IMG/VR virus record: IMGVR_UViG_3300034107_000314
Coordinates: 32,001-96,000 of that record
Strand: one strand, 5' to 3'
From: a virus
Length of the DNA stretch: 64,000 bases
Shown here piece by piece: positions 40,316-50,519 of the stretch. Within the stretch, counting starts at the first letter, position 1. The number at the start of each line of letters is the position of its first letter. The notes below the pieces were generated by a model. That model did no database searches. It was not told the origin of the DNA and worked only from the letters and a program-made list of their open reading frames with translations. The translations under genes and the position numbers were made by a program.

Positions 40316-41357
40316 TTAAGATCTCCCTTGCTGTATTTTCCCAAGAGAATTTTATAGCGGTTTCAATACCTGCTAAATTTAATTCTAGTTCACTATCTTG
40401 TTTTAATCTATGAGTTTCTCTCATATGATTTATAATTTGATCTTCTTGTTTTTTGCCAAGCTCAGCCCATTCGCCCTGACCGTGAAACCATATTCCATCT
40501 TGAGCTTGAACCAATGTGTCTGTCTCTACGATATAAGAATTATTCCTATTTGTGAATTCTGTATGACCAGAATAATCAGTTGTAATTACATGTTTGCCAC
40601 ATGAAAGAAGTTCTAATAGTTCTAGATTCCAACCTTCAGCACGAACTGGAAATACTCCTACATCAACTTGTCTCATAATATTATACACATCCCGGTGATA
40701 TTTTTGCCTTCCAATAAATCTAATTTTATTAGCAATAGAAGAACCCTTATAATAATTGATCCAATCGTTATTCTTTTCACCTAAGAAGGGGTTTTCGCAC
40801 ATCATCCATAGCTCTACGTTGTCATCTTGATTAAAGGCTGTTTCAAAGCATTTCTTGATAACATCGTGACCTTTGCGGAATTCCCACTTTCCACAATTAA
40901 AGAAAATCGTAGGCTTTCTTCTTACATTATTATTTTCATTAAAGATTGATCTATCAATACCCAAAGGTATGACTTTTGGAATTATGCCAACTTGATCTTC
41001 GACAATATCTTTTGCCCATTTAGAACATACGATAAGCTGATGGCAACCTTTCATGCTCATCTTTTCTTCTTTTGTGAATTGATTAAGTTCAAAGATTGGA
41101 AATCCAACCTTCTCGCCCCTCCCTACAGATTCGTGTAATCCATTTTGATGCCAAATCTTAAGACATGGTTGAGACCATTTTAGATTCTCATCTTTATTTC
41201 TCCAGTCAAATTGAGCTAATTCCTCGTATAGTTCTGGTTCTGGCTGGCCAATTGGGAAAATTGTCAAATTGTCGCCAAGCTGTTTAGCTAATTGTTTAGA
41301 TATATTATAACCAACTTGACCATATCCAAGACTATTTATAGGACATTGTAAAAACAT
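40305..41357 (-). CDS. GT4 glycosyltransferase
   Basis: GKWEFRKGHD; RAEGWNLELLE. Confidence 0.88.
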   Translation of the reverse strand: MFLQCPINSLGYGQVGYNISKQLAKQLGDNLTIFPIGQPEPELYEELAQFDWRNKDENLKWSQPCLKIWHQNGLHESVGRGEKVGFPIFELNQFTKEEKMSMKGCHQLIVCSKWAKDIVEDQVGIIPKVIPLGIDRSIFNENNNVRRKPTIFFNCGKWEFRKGHDVIKKCFETAFNQDDNVELWMMCENPFLGEKNNDWINYYKGSSIANKIRFIGRQKYHRDVYNIMRQVDVGVFPVRAEGWNLELLELLSCGKHVITTDYSGHTEFTNRNNSYIVETDTLVQAQDGIWFHGQGEWAELGKKQEDQIINHMRETHRLKQDSELELNLAGIETAIKFSWENTAREILNGI

Positions 41358-41719
41358 TAATCACTCTCCCAAAGTTTAATTATATTATCTGGAAAATATA
41401 GTTCTTTAATAGCATTGTCTAGATCTTCAATTGTTTGTCCAGCGAGTCCAGTTCCAATTGGAGTTAATAAGAATACTAGATCATCGTGGACCTGAGCATA
41501 CTTCATAAGGACTTCAAGTTGAACCCTAATGAAATCCCATCCTATGAATCCAGTTCGTAAATCTTTAGTTATTATAGCGTAAGTTTGACCTTGACGCCCA
41601 CTATTCTTTCCATATTCTGCGCCCCAAGTCATCGCCGTTTTAGCTGCTCCCGCCCCATGCCTACCTTCAGTATTACTACCAAATACAAATATTTCATTCT
41701 GCAATAAGAATTCTACCAT
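41357..41719 (-). CDS. A1S_2505-like (macro-like fold) phage protein
   Basis: EIFVFGSNTEGRHGAGAA...YAI; TPIGTGLAG. Confidence 0.8.
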   Translation of the reverse strand: MVEFLLQNEIFVFGSNTEGRHGAGAAKTAMTWGAEYGKNSGRQGQTYAIITKDLRTGFIGWDFIRVQLEVLMKYAQVHDDLVFLLTPIGTGLAGQTIEDLDNAIKELYFPDNIIKLWESD

Positions 41720-41729
41720 TATTTTCTCC

Positions 41730-41759
41730 AAAAAAAAGAGTCGCCCAAAAGGACGACTC
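41730..41759 (-). terminator. rho-independent terminator after the DUF1559 gene
   Basis: GAGTCGTCC-tttt-GGGCGACTC followed by T8. Confidence 0.88.
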
Positions 41760-41781
41760 ATATTTATTAACTGTTGTTATA

Positions 41782-42906
41782 TCAATAAGAATCGGCTGAG
41801 ACAACTTCGCCGCCAGCACGGGTAATCAAAGCTCTGACGACTGCTGCATTTGTTGTATCTTTAACAAATCTTACAGAGCCATCTGTCATTGCCATGTTAG
41901 CTCCACCGGGATGCCATGAGAAGATTTCATTATTTGGACCGCAATCATGAATTCCCCAATCATTTGCACCACAACTTGGCTTGCCAAATCCACCAGTCTT
42001 GTTATTGTTGATAACATTTGAAACGCCAGCAGCATTATCAGGATCGCCCCATCTCCATGACCGTCGAGCGCCTTGAACATAAGGAGCAGGAGCATTCAAA
42101 TCAGGAGCGTAGTCTGTTGTTGGAGAGGCATAGTTACCAACACCTTGCATCTTTGGGCTACGACCAGTGTCTTCATAAAACATAGCAGTGTTAGATGTGC
42201 CATCTGTTGTTGCACCAATCGTTGCTCCACCCTTATTAATATCAACTGTTCCATCCAAAACTTTTGCTGGATCAATTTGATAAATCTTACTAGATGAACA
42301 CACTGTACATCCATACGCTTTATAGGCAGATGTGCCGTAAGCATTACCAGTCAATGATCCGGGAGCGGGTGTTGGTCCAACATAGCCAGCTTGCCACTTT
42401 GTAGTTCCATCGGGCATGATCTCAGTATAAGGTGCGGTTGCATAGTCGATACAACCAAATCCAATACTGTCACGTCCGTTCTGTCGGTCACTCTCAAGTG
42501 CATTTGTTGGACACAAGAATGCATTAATCACTGTTGCACTTGCAGTTACATTACCAGAGAAATTATATGGTAGTTGCAAGTTGAGTTGATTATAAACATT
42601 GCCTTGTTCGATACTCCCAAGAATCATTGTGAATGCACTGTGATAGTCTTGCGTCTTATAGGTCGTACTGCCAACTGTTACATTATGCTCTCCAGAGCGT
42701 GGAAATGTCCCTTGGGCGCTTTCAAAGTTGTGAGCGGACAAAGCTAGCTGTTTAAGGTTGTTTGTACACTGGGCGCGCCTAGCTGCTTCTCTAGCGGACT
42801 GTACTGCTGGAAGCAGGAGTGAGATAAGCACTGCGATAATGGAAATTACCACAAGCAACTCAATAAGGGTGAATCCACGACGATTAACATTTTGTGTTTT
42901 GATCAT
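41782..42906 (-). CDS. DUF1559 prepilin-type N-terminal cleavage/methylation protein with H-X9-DG domain
   Basis: [45 protein letters not shown]; [14 protein letters not shown]. Confidence 0.95.
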   Translation of the reverse strand: MIKTQNVNRRGFTLIELLVVISIIAVLISLLLPAVQSAREAARRAQCTNNLKQLALSAHNFESAQGTFPRSGEHNVTVGSTTYKTQDYHSAFTMILGSIEQGNVYNQLNLQLPYNFSGNVTASATVINAFLCPTNALESDRQNGRDSIGFGCIDYATAPYTEIMPDGTTKWQAGYVGPTPAPGSLTGNAYGTSAYKAYGCTVCSSSKIYQIDPAKVLDGTVDINKGGATIGATTDGTSNTAMFYEDTGRSPKMQGVGNYASPTTDYAPDLNAPAPYVQGARRSWRWGDPDNAAGVSNVINNNKTGGFGKPSCGANDWGIHDCGPNNEIFSWHPGGANMAMTDGSVRFVKDTTNAAVVRALITRAGGEVVSADSY

Positions 42907-42935
42907 TTTTATTTTTCTCTCAAGTGTTTAAAGAA

Positions 42936-42999
42936 GAAGGACACCAACGCGATGTCCTTCGTACTCAATTATTATAACCGACCCAGACCCCATTGTCAA
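42936..42999 (-). promoter_or_regulatory. consensus sigma70 promoter plus 5' hairpin for the DUF1559 gene
   Basis: TTGACA(42999-42994)-17-TATAAT(42976-42971); GAAGGACA/TGTCCTTC hairpin at 42936-42960. Confidence 0.85.
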
Positions 43000-43008
43000 G
43001 TTAAGATT

Positions 43009-43212
43009 TCATGAAGATTGAGCTTTTTTTAACGCTTCTGGGTCTGGTCTATCAGGATCGCCCGGCTTGGCTGGCTTATAGTTCTTACCCTCTCGCTCTT
43101 TTTTCTTTCGGATATTTTCCCATAGGCCGGGCTTTTCTGCTTCTGACTTATCGACTTCGGGCTTGTCAGCTTCTGTATATTCGTTCATAGCATCTGTATA
43201 ATCTTTTTTCAT
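43009..43212 (-). CDS. small charged phage protein
   Basis: PGLWENIRKKK motif. Confidence 0.6.
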   Translation of the reverse strand: MKKDYTDAMNEYTEADKPEVDKSEAEKPGLWENIRKKKEREGKNYKPAKPGDPDRPDPEALKKAQSS

Positions 43213-43222
43213 GTTAATATCC

Positions 43223-43861
43223 TTATTTAAAGTTCACTTTATAAAAACTATGATCTATATAATTAGATTCGTTTATTATATCATATGATATAGTATTTAA
43301 TCCATTGCTATAGAAATCTTTTTCTGTTTTGCTTGCGCATATATTTATATTTTTCGCATTTGTATCTATTACTAGGTTGTTACCTTCTGATATATCTTCG
43401 GAATTATCAAAATTTACAAATCTTTTTTCCATTTCTAAATTAAAATATTGACATTTTTTTTTGGGTTCATGGTCTTCTCCTCCCCATCCCCAGTAATCAT
43501 TAGAGTATCCATTCATTTTAATATAGGAAGACGGTTTATAGCAAAATCCTTTAGGCCAATACTCTCCTTTTTGAGTTAATGCAATAATATCTTTATTGTA
43601 AATATTATAGTCCACATCTATAGGGTAGCAGTCTACTGGATGAAATATATATGTCCAATTATTGTCTTTTTCTTCTTGATTGAAGATATTAAATCCAATA
43701 TTAATTAGATATGCAATATTAAACGGTAAGTTATTATTTTGTTCCACAACCTGTATTTTAAAATCAGCGCCTTTAAATTTCTCATTTAATATTGGTATGA
43801 TTTTATTTAAATTACCTTCTCTATTTCTATACGGTATAGATATTCTATACTTTTCATTCAT
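43223..43861 (-). CDS. GT7 (beta-1,4-galactosyltransferase-like) glycosyltransferase
   Basis: IPYRNRE, FN..L.N.G, NGYSNDYWGWGGED. Confidence 0.85.
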   Translation of the reverse strand: MNEKYRISIPYRNREGNLNKIIPILNEKFKGADFKIQVVEQNNNLPFNIAYLINIGFNIFNQEEKDNNWTYIFHPVDCYPIDVDYNIYNKDIIALTQKGEYWPKGFCYKPSSYIKMNGYSNDYWGWGGEDHEPKKKCQYFNLEMEKRFVNFDNSEDISEGNNLVIDTNAKNINICASKTEKDFYSNGLNTISYDIINESNYIDHSFYKVNFK

Positions 43862-45039
43862 ATATATTCTACCTTAACTTCTGGAAAATATTTTAAATAT
43901 AAATTTTTAGATTTAGTTTTAGAATTAACTTTGCTTTTGATTTCGTTATAAAAGTTCCAAGCTAATGGTATATATATAGCTGGAATTTTAATATTATGCT
44001 CCAGTATATTTGGGTCTACTATTGGAATATTTGACCCCGGAGTTAGTAATCCACATTTTAATGGATTATCATCTACAATATAGTCTAATGAGGCATAAGC
44101 AAAATTAAGAAATGTATTTCCTTTTGCCGCTGCGCCATATCCTATAAGCATATGGCTTTTTGATAGATCTCTTATAGTTATATTGAACTCGTCTCTTATT
44201 TCATAACATCTTTGTGCGTATTTATCATATACCTCTTCATTATATAAAAAATCTTCAAATAAAGTATTTATTCCAGATAAACCCATCTTGTCTATTTTAA
44301 ATATATAACTAGTGCCATGTATATCTTCATGCCAACTACCAGTTAAATATAGTCCAGCTCTATCGCAAAGCTTTTTCATTGAATTAAGATTAAAGAATGA
44401 AATATGTTCATGATAAATCGTGTCAAACTCATTATTTTTAATCATATTAGCTTGTGATGTTTGAATATAGATAGTTCCATTGTCATTAAGTATCTCTTTG
44501 GCAGCTTCTAAGAATTCTAATGGATTTGCGTTATGTGCGAATACATTCTGAGCTAAAATTACATCAAATGTTTTATCTATTTTTTTTACAGTATCTTTAT
44601 TAAAGTAATCACAGTATATATGATGACCTTTTGCTGAGCTTATTGGGTAGATATTTTCTGCTGGATCAATTCCATAAGTATCAAAACCTAGTTTAGAAAA
44701 ATAATCTAATTGTGTGCCGTCATTACAAGCGATATCAAGAATTGATTTTGCCTGTGGATGAAGTTTTCTTATTTTCTGTGCAAATCTTTCAAAGTATTCA
44801 TTTAATGTCTTTGATGTTCCACTAACATATAGATAATTTTTAAACATTAAATTTGGATCAACCGCAACGCTTAATTGCAAATGATAACATTTACGACAAA
44901 GATTAAGCCTAAGAGGAAATCTATCTAGCTCCTCTTCGTTATGATGATAATTGTTCGCTAAAGGTTGATCTCCTAGATTTAAAATTTCTTTTAATTCATT
45001 GGAGTCGCAACATAGACATCGATCTAAATTTTTAAACAT
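43858..45039 (-). CDS. NDP-sugar C-methyltransferase
   Basis: CLCC..LGDQPLAN, DIACNDG, FDTIYHEH, GYGAAAKG. Confidence 0.9.
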   Translation of the reverse strand: MFKNLDRCLCCDSNELKEILNLGDQPLANNYHHNEEELDRFPLRLNLCRKCYHLQLSVAVDPNLMFKNYLYVSGTSKTLNEYFERFAQKIRKLHPQAKSILDIACNDGTQLDYFSKLGFDTYGIDPAENIYPISSAKGHHIYCDYFNKDTVKKIDKTFDVILAQNVFAHNANPLEFLEAAKEILNDNGTIYIQTSQANMIKNNEFDTIYHEHISFFNLNSMKKLCDRAGLYLTGSWHEDIHGTSYIFKIDKMGLSGINTLFEDFLYNEEVYDKYAQRCYEIRDEFNITIRDLSKSHMLIGYGAAAKGNTFLNFAYASLDYIVDDNPLKCGLLTPGSNIPIVDPNILEHNIKIPAIYIPLAWNFYNEIKSKVNSKTKSKNLYLKYFPEVKVEYI

Positions 45040-45908
45040 TTATCTCTCCTGATGAAATTAGCTATTTCAAAATTATCAAGTAGACTATCAGATATATTTT
45101 CAATAGAATCTTTAAAAGTAAAATTGTAACGATTGCAAAATTTTTCGGTATTTAATTTAAAATCATACATTTTACTGCTATCATCTTCTTTTGTTTCAAC
45201 ATTACATAAAAATCTATTAGAAACGTAGTCCGCTATTTCTTTAACAGAACAGTTAAATGAGGCTATGTTATATATTCCTCTATTATCATTAGAAGTGTTT
45301 ATAATAATTTCTATAGCATTGCATAAATCGTTTAATCCTAATATACCTCTGCTGACACTAGGATTAATTGATTTAATTTTTTTATTAATTATAGCATTTT
45401 TTACCATGCTATTAATAATTACATCATCTCTAATAATATTACTATATTGGGTTTTCCCATTTACGGTTCCAAATCTTAGACCGTAATATTCAATATTAGA
45501 AAGCGATGCATACATATCATTTATTTTTTTTGTTAAGTCATAATACGAGACTGATTCTAGCGTATTGCAGTTCTCAGAAGCTAATTGTCCACCTATATCG
45601 CCATATATACTGCCTGAGCTTGCGTATATAAATTTTTGATAATTTTTTATTTTAGATAGTAATTGTATAAAATTAGATACATTATTTTTGAAACTATATT
45701 TTATATCTCCCTCGCATGGTTTAACTCCTGCGCTTGCAGCGAGCAATACTATATTTTTATATTTACTAATTTCCTTTTTTGTCAATTGTCCATAATTTAT
45801 ACATATTTCACCTCCATTTATATCAACTCCTATAGATCTATCTTGTAGTTTTCCGTATAAAGCTGAACCTATATATCCTTGAGATCCTATTATCAATGTA
45901 TCTTTCAT
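45024..45908 (-). CDS. NAD-dependent sugar epimerase/dehydratase
   Basis: GSQGYIG, YASSGSIYG, YDLTK, LRFGTVNG. Confidence 0.9.
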   Translation of the reverse strand: MKDTLIIGSQGYIGSALYGKLQDRSIGVDINGGEICINYGQLTKKEISKYKNIVLLAASAGVKPCEGDIKYSFKNNVSNFIQLLSKIKNYQKFIYASSGSIYGDIGGQLASENCNTLESVSYYDLTKKINDMYASLSNIEYYGLRFGTVNGKTQYSNIIRDDVIINSMVKNAIINKKIKSINPSVSRGILGLNDLCNAIEIIINTSNDNRGIYNIASFNCSVKEIADYVSNRFLCNVETKEDDSSKMYDFKLNTEKFCNRYNFTFKDSIENISDSLLDNFEIANFIRRDKCLKI

Positions 45909-45937
45909 ATTTCATATTTTCTATTATTATATTAAGT

Positions 45938-46516
45938 TTATTTAAAAATAACTAATCCAGTTCCAGACCAATGGCCTTTTTCAGTTAAGTCGTATTTTTC
46001 TAATTTTATACTTTTCCATATTTTAGTTAATTCTGGAAATTCATATATATCATCTAATAATAATAATCCATTCCAATTATTTTTAATTAAAAATTCTATA
46101 AATATATTTTCATATATACCATCATGTGCTGTGTCAAGAATTATAAATGGAGAATTAAGTAATATATCTCTATCTAATATAACATCTTTTATTTTAAAAT
46201 GAATGTTAGTAGATAGATTTGTATATTTAGTTAAGTATTCTATTTCCGGCTCATTTAATATGTCGTATGAATATACTTTATTATTTTTATTTTTTGACAG
46301 GGCAAGTGCTGAAAATCCTTTATATGTTCCAATATCAAATAAATTAGCGTCCTGATACAGTGATGTTATGTATGCTAATAATCTATAATGTTCTTTACCA
46401 GATTTTTCAAAAAACCATTCTTTGTATTTTAATACTTTATCAGCGTAATCTTGATAATTGGATAAGTCTATATTATCTAACTCTTCATTTGTTACGCTTA
46501 ATATTTTATTTAGCAT
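45938..46516 (-). CDS. class I SAM methyltransferase (Methyltransf_24-like)
   Basis: DIGTYKGFSA, LDTAH, LLLDD. Confidence 0.8.
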   Translation of the reverse strand: MLNKILSVTNEELDNIDLSNYQDYADKVLKYKEWFFEKSGKEHYRLLAYITSLYQDANLFDIGTYKGFSALALSKNKNNKVYSYDILNEPEIEYLTKYTNLSTNIHFKIKDVILDRDILLNSPFIILDTAHDGIYENIFIEFLIKNNWNGLLLLDDIYEFPELTKIWKSIKLEKYDLTEKGHWSGTGLVIFK

Positions 46517-47229
46517 TATTTAAATTCCTCTGTATATCTTTTAATTGACTCAATCCAGTATTTATTGTAGTGATTATTTAGATGCCATATCTCATCATCT
46601 ACATGTACTCCTTGCTTAGCTCCTATATTTTGTATTCTAGATATTTCTGGATAAATTTCATATCTATCACCTCTTAATCTTTTTGCCATGTTAACGTCCC
46701 ATCCTCCATGAGCATATCCAAAATCCCAATCCTTTTTAATAGTCTGCCATCTATCAATCCAAGTTCCCCATCCCCAAGGTGTAAAATGCCGTCTTCTTGA
46801 CGTTGCCATTATATCATCTGTACGCAAATTGCAACAGTTTTCCATAGGATTATCCGAATTAACATATCCAGAAATATTAAAAATAGAATCATCGTCTTTA
46901 TATTTCTCACTTGCCCACTCAAAATACTTTAAGCAATCTTTTCCCGGAATTGTATCATCTTCTAGATGAATATGGAAAGTTGGATTTAAATTAAACCCCA
47001 TAGACACGCATTGAAAAATATTAGTTTGGCATCCATATTTGCTGTCATTAATATATAAATATGTATCATTTGGTCTAAATAATTTGGATAATTCTATTAC
47101 TTCATTATTTTCTGGCTCTACACAAATTATTATTTTATAATCTTCTATTCCAAAACAATTATTTAAATGATCAAATAATATTTTAGTGTAATCTGGTCTA
47201 TTATATAGTGATATCGATATACTTTTCAA
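46516..47229 (-). CDS. GT-A glycosyltransferase
   Basis: YNRPDY, HLEDD, WGWGTW, SRIQNIG; probable TTG start at 47229 with SD GAGG. Confidence 0.8.
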   Translation of the reverse strand: MKSISISLYNRPDYTKILFDHLNNCFGIEDYKIIICVEPENNEVIELSKLFRPNDTYLYINDSKYGCQTNIFQCVSMGFNLNPTFHIHLEDDTIPGKDCLKYFEWASEKYKDDDSIFNISGYVNSDNPMENCCNLRTDDIMATSRRRHFTPWGWGTWIDRWQTIKKDWDFGYAHGGWDVNMAKRLRGDRYEIYPEISRIQNIGAKQGVHVDDEIWHLNNHYNKYWIESIKRYTEEFK

Positions 47230-47896
47230 GATATGCCTCTTGCGTAAAATTAGTGAATTTATCATGGAATCCAAATGATTCTGGTAAGGTTTCTTTTACT
47301 AAATGCTCTGTAGAAAATCTGGCAGCTAATTCTACTGGAGCATATTTGATACCAAGTTTTAACATTTCTTCATAAAATAAAACCGAAGCAATGTAATCAT
47401 CATTTATAAGAATATATCCCTTTTCTCTAGGTTTACTAATTTCTAGGTCTAAATTACTGAATAATTTATTGCAAGCATCTAAGAATTTTTTTGACTTTAA
47501 ATTAAAGCCACCATTTCCAATTCTATTAATATAGCCCCAGCTTTCCGGCCAAGGCGCTCCAATATAATCATATTTTAAAAATTCATCAGTCCATAAATTC
47601 GGTCTTACGATAAAACCATCATGTTGTACATTTAGGCAATATTCAGTATCAATGTACTTATATAATTCTTTTAAAGAGAATTCTGAATACTGAGCAATAT
47701 TATTAACTTCTCCAATGTCAATTAATTCAATCCTACTGTCGTTCTTTTTATATTTATTATTAACACCTTTCTTATCTGTGAATAATTTATAAGAATTAAA
47801 ATTAAACGACTGCATTGATTTTATCATAGATAGTATAGCTTCCTGTGGCTGAACTGTATCTATGCATATTAAAGTTACCTGATCAAGGTTTCGCAT
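47201..47896 (-). CDS. DUF5672-family GT-like protein
   Basis: VQHDG, YDYIGAPW, GNGGFNL, FGFH. Confidence 0.8.
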   Translation of the reverse strand: MRNLDQVTLICIDTVQPQEAILSMIKSMQSFNFNSYKLFTDKKGVNNKYKKNDSRIELIDIGEVNNIAQYSEFSLKELYKYIDTEYCLNVQHDGFIVRPNLWTDEFLKYDYIGAPWPESWGYINRIGNGGFNLKSKKFLDACNKLFSNLDLEISKPREKGYILINDDYIASVLFYEEMLKLGIKYAPVELAARFSTEHLVKETLPESFGFHDKFTNFTQEAYLEKYIDITI

Positions 47897-48612
47897 ATTT
47901 CGTATTTATACCCGTGAATAAAATCTGTTCCATTAAAATCGCGTGAAAATTCTTCTTCGATTAATTTGCTCCAATCCTTATCATCTTTGTGACTCCAAGA
48001 GCTTACCTTTTTCAACATTCCCTCTTTGTCCATTGCCCAGCTGTAATGATGGCACATAGGCTTGTCATCTAATCCTAACACTCCAAATTCTTTAGATAAG
48101 TTTGGAATATATTTATATGAAGCTCTTTCTAATTCGGTAAAAATATTTTCTTCAGATACGACTTTTTTATTTACTAGCATTGGACTATCTTCATATGTTA
48201 ATGATCTATAATTAGTAGATCTAAAATACCAGTAATTTGCAAATGTTGTTACGTCTGCAATATTATCTTTTAGATTCATCCATTCTTTGATTTTATTTTT
48301 TTCAAATACTTCATCTGAATCTAAGAATAAGATGTGGTCTGATTTCGATATCTGGTATCCTACCCACCTTGTATAATTTGAATGCCACCTAGAGCTATTT
48401 GAAATGTCAAAGTTTAATTTTATAAACTTACAGTCTTTATTTTTATCTTTTACATCTTCTATTATATCTAGATCTTCGGGTTTATTATCAAATGTATAAT
48501 CAAAATATGTAATTATTATATTATTACTTATTTCTCTAATTCCTTCAATAGTATGATTTATATATTTATAATCATAACTACAAAATGGTATTATAGTATC
48601 TATATTCAACAT
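47875..48612 (-). CDS. GT2-like glycosyltransferase
   Basis: LFLDSDE, HHYSW. Confidence 0.75.
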   Translation of the reverse strand: MLNIDTIIPFCSYDYKYINHTIEGIREISNNIIITYFDYTFDNKPEDLDIIEDVKDKNKDCKFIKLNFDISNSSRWHSNYTRWVGYQISKSDHILFLDSDEVFEKNKIKEWMNLKDNIADVTTFANYWYFRSTNYRSLTYEDSPMLVNKKVVSEENIFTELERASYKYIPNLSKEFGVLGLDDKPMCHHYSWAMDKEGMLKKVSSWSHKDDKDWSKLIEEEFSRDFNGTDFIHGYKYEICETLIR

Positions 48613-48638
48613 TATATTTATTTTCTATTTGAATTTTA

Positions 48639-49184
48639 TTATGTTAAGTCTGACACATTATTACTTGACCACATCTTACAGCTCCAGTAATTAGCCTTCC
48701 ACTTTGGCCCCGGATTATCACAGTTGTGCCTTGCTCTGTAAGACTTTCGTCTTTCTGGATCATCGCGTTTGATTTCCATATTTGGATCGCCAAAGTTTAC
48801 TTTTACGACATTGCCACTCTCATTTTTAACATAGACTGAAAATTTCTTTGGGCCACCGGGAGTTCTGAATGGTTTATTGAGTGTAACTTTCTTATCTTTT
48901 CCAGTGTCTTTAGCATTTAAAGTTTTATCTTGGTCGCCCTCATAGAAAACTCCACCCGCAATAGACGTTTCATATGTAAACTCATCCCATTCATCATTCC
49001 ATTCAGCTTCTGCAAGTTGATATGCCAGATCAGCTCCTTCCATTGCAGTTGCTCTAGATTCTTGTAGACAGATCGCAACTCTTTGCTGAGAATCTTTATA
49101 GTCTTTTTTCATTACGGGGTTGCTCATGCATCTTGCAACATATTCTTTAGAGTCTTCGTCTTTTCGCTTACTTGGGATTGGCAT
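48639..49184 (-). CDS. conserved phage protein (DUF6321-like C-terminus)
   Basis: KKFSVYV...VNFGDP...RRKSYRARHNC...YWSC. Confidence 0.65.
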   Translation of the reverse strand: MPIPSKRKDEDSKEYVARCMSNPVMKKDYKDSQQRVAICLQESRATAMEGADLAYQLAEAEWNDEWDEFTYETSIAGGVFYEGDQDKTLNAKDTGKDKKVTLNKPFRTPGGPKKFSVYVKNESGNVVKVNFGDPNMEIKRDDPERRKSYRARHNCDNPGPKWKANYWSCKMWSSNNVSDLT

Positions 49185-49630
49185 TAGTCAGATTCCTCCA
49201 TTGTATCTTCTTCAGGACTTTCTTCGTAATACATTACATAATCATGCACAGCTTTTAAATAGTCTTCAATAATTGTAATCTTGGATTGAACCCAACCTTC
49301 TGATAGGCAGGATTGGTTTGATTCATTCAATCCCATCATTAGAGCATTTGCGTGTTTAACTATAGATTTAATAGAAGCTTTTGTCATTTCTATATTTTCC
49401 ATGACAATCTCTTCTGGATTATCGGAAGCTTTATTCTTTTTCCAAGCGGCTTCAATCTCACTAATTACATTTTTATTTGTTCCTAGTCCAGTATCGCTAA
49501 CAGGTGGAGTTTTCATTTGCTTTCCTTTATTTTTTTTAGAATACGATAGTTCATCTGGTTCTTCTGGAGTGTCTGCTGGTTCTCTTTCATCGAACTGTTT
49601 TACATCTTTAGCTGTAATATTCTTTTTCAT
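49184..49630 (-). CDS. conserved phage hypothetical protein
   Basis: WVQSKIT..EDYL motif. Confidence 0.65.
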   Translation of the reverse strand: MKKNITAKDVKQFDEREPADTPEEPDELSYSKKNKGKQMKTPPVSDTGLGTNKNVISEIEAAWKKNKASDNPEEIVMENIEMTKASIKSIVKHANALMMGLNESNQSCLSEGWVQSKITIIEDYLKAVHDYVMYYEESPEEDTMEESD

Positions 49631-49640
49631 TGTTTCTCCT

Positions 49641-49680
49641 AAAAATAAATAGCGATATATCCATTTAGGATACTCGCTAT
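49641..49680 (-). terminator. probable terminator
   Basis: ATAGCGA..TATCC/GGATA..TCGCTAT hairpin followed by TTATTTTT. Confidence 0.6.
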
Positions 49681-49695
49681 ATCGTATAATATTAA

Positions 49696-50049
49696 TTAAT
49701 TAAGGGTTAAGAAATATTGTGCGCTGTGTACAAGAGCTAACATTTCATCACGAATATTCAATAGATCTGTATCATTTGGATCTAGTTCATTACTTAATCC
49801 GACAAGAAACTCCTCAAAAGATGAGATGGTTTCATTTACATTCGATGTGTTATATGCGATCATTGATCCTGAGTTAGCTGGCATATTCCTACCATACTTA
49901 CCCATATAAGTTTCCATGAAAGTATCTGTAAGGTCGTGGATTCCATCATAGAGATCGCCAAGTGTCTTGTGTTGTGAGTATGATGTTGTCAGCCAATGAA
50001 ATACGTGGATTTGCATTACAAATCCCAAAAGTGTGCTTGCAAATTGCAT
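49696..50049 (-). CDS. Dps/ferritin-like protein (DUF5856-like)
   Basis: FHWLTTSYSQHKTL...D.FME.YMG..G; DLLNIRDE...YFLTL. Confidence 0.8.
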   Translation of the reverse strand: MQFASTLLGFVMQIHVFHWLTTSYSQHKTLGDLYDGIHDLTDTFMETYMGKYGRNMPANSGSMIAYNTSNVNETISSFEEFLVGLSNELDPNDTDLLNIRDEMLALVHSAQYFLTLN

Positions 50050-50095
50050 TCAATTCTCCGTTAATTTTATTAAAAGTTGACTGTTTGATAACTTA

Positions 50096-50443
50096 TTATA
50101 ACCTGTATGCGTCAATAAGAAAACTCTCAATATCGATATATTTTTTATTTTCCCACATAGTTTTTACTTTTTCTTTTGCTAAAGATTTCTTCATCCCTAA
50201 AGATACTAAACACTCTATAGCTTCGGGCTTAAGATCTATCTCTTCTTTTTGCTTTACTAGTTCGTGCTGTTTTATTTTTTTAGATTCTGGTCTTACTTTT
50301 TTGCGTTTGGGTTTTATATAAATTGGTTTAGTTTCTACATATCTTATTTCTGGTTCTCGTTCTGGACTGCCTATAAAAATAGGGATTAACATTGGCAAAA
50401 ACAGACATAGCCCCATAAAAATTAGACTACCGTTTTCGTTCAT
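50096..50443 (-). CDS. membrane-anchored protein with a RuvA-domain-III/UBA-like C-terminus
   Basis: N-terminal TM; EAIECLVSLGMKKSLAKEKV...IESFLIDA. Confidence 0.55.
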   Translation of the reverse strand: MNENGSLIFMGLCLFLPMLIPIFIGSPEREPEIRYVETKPIYIKPKRKKVRPESKKIKQHELVKQKEEIDLKPEAIECLVSLGMKKSLAKEKVKTMWENKKYIDIESFLIDAYRL

Positions 50444-50519
50444 GTTAATCCCCTTTTATTACTCATGCATACAAGATATAGTTCGTTAAGGAGTAATGCT
50501 TACTTTATTTCTATATCTA

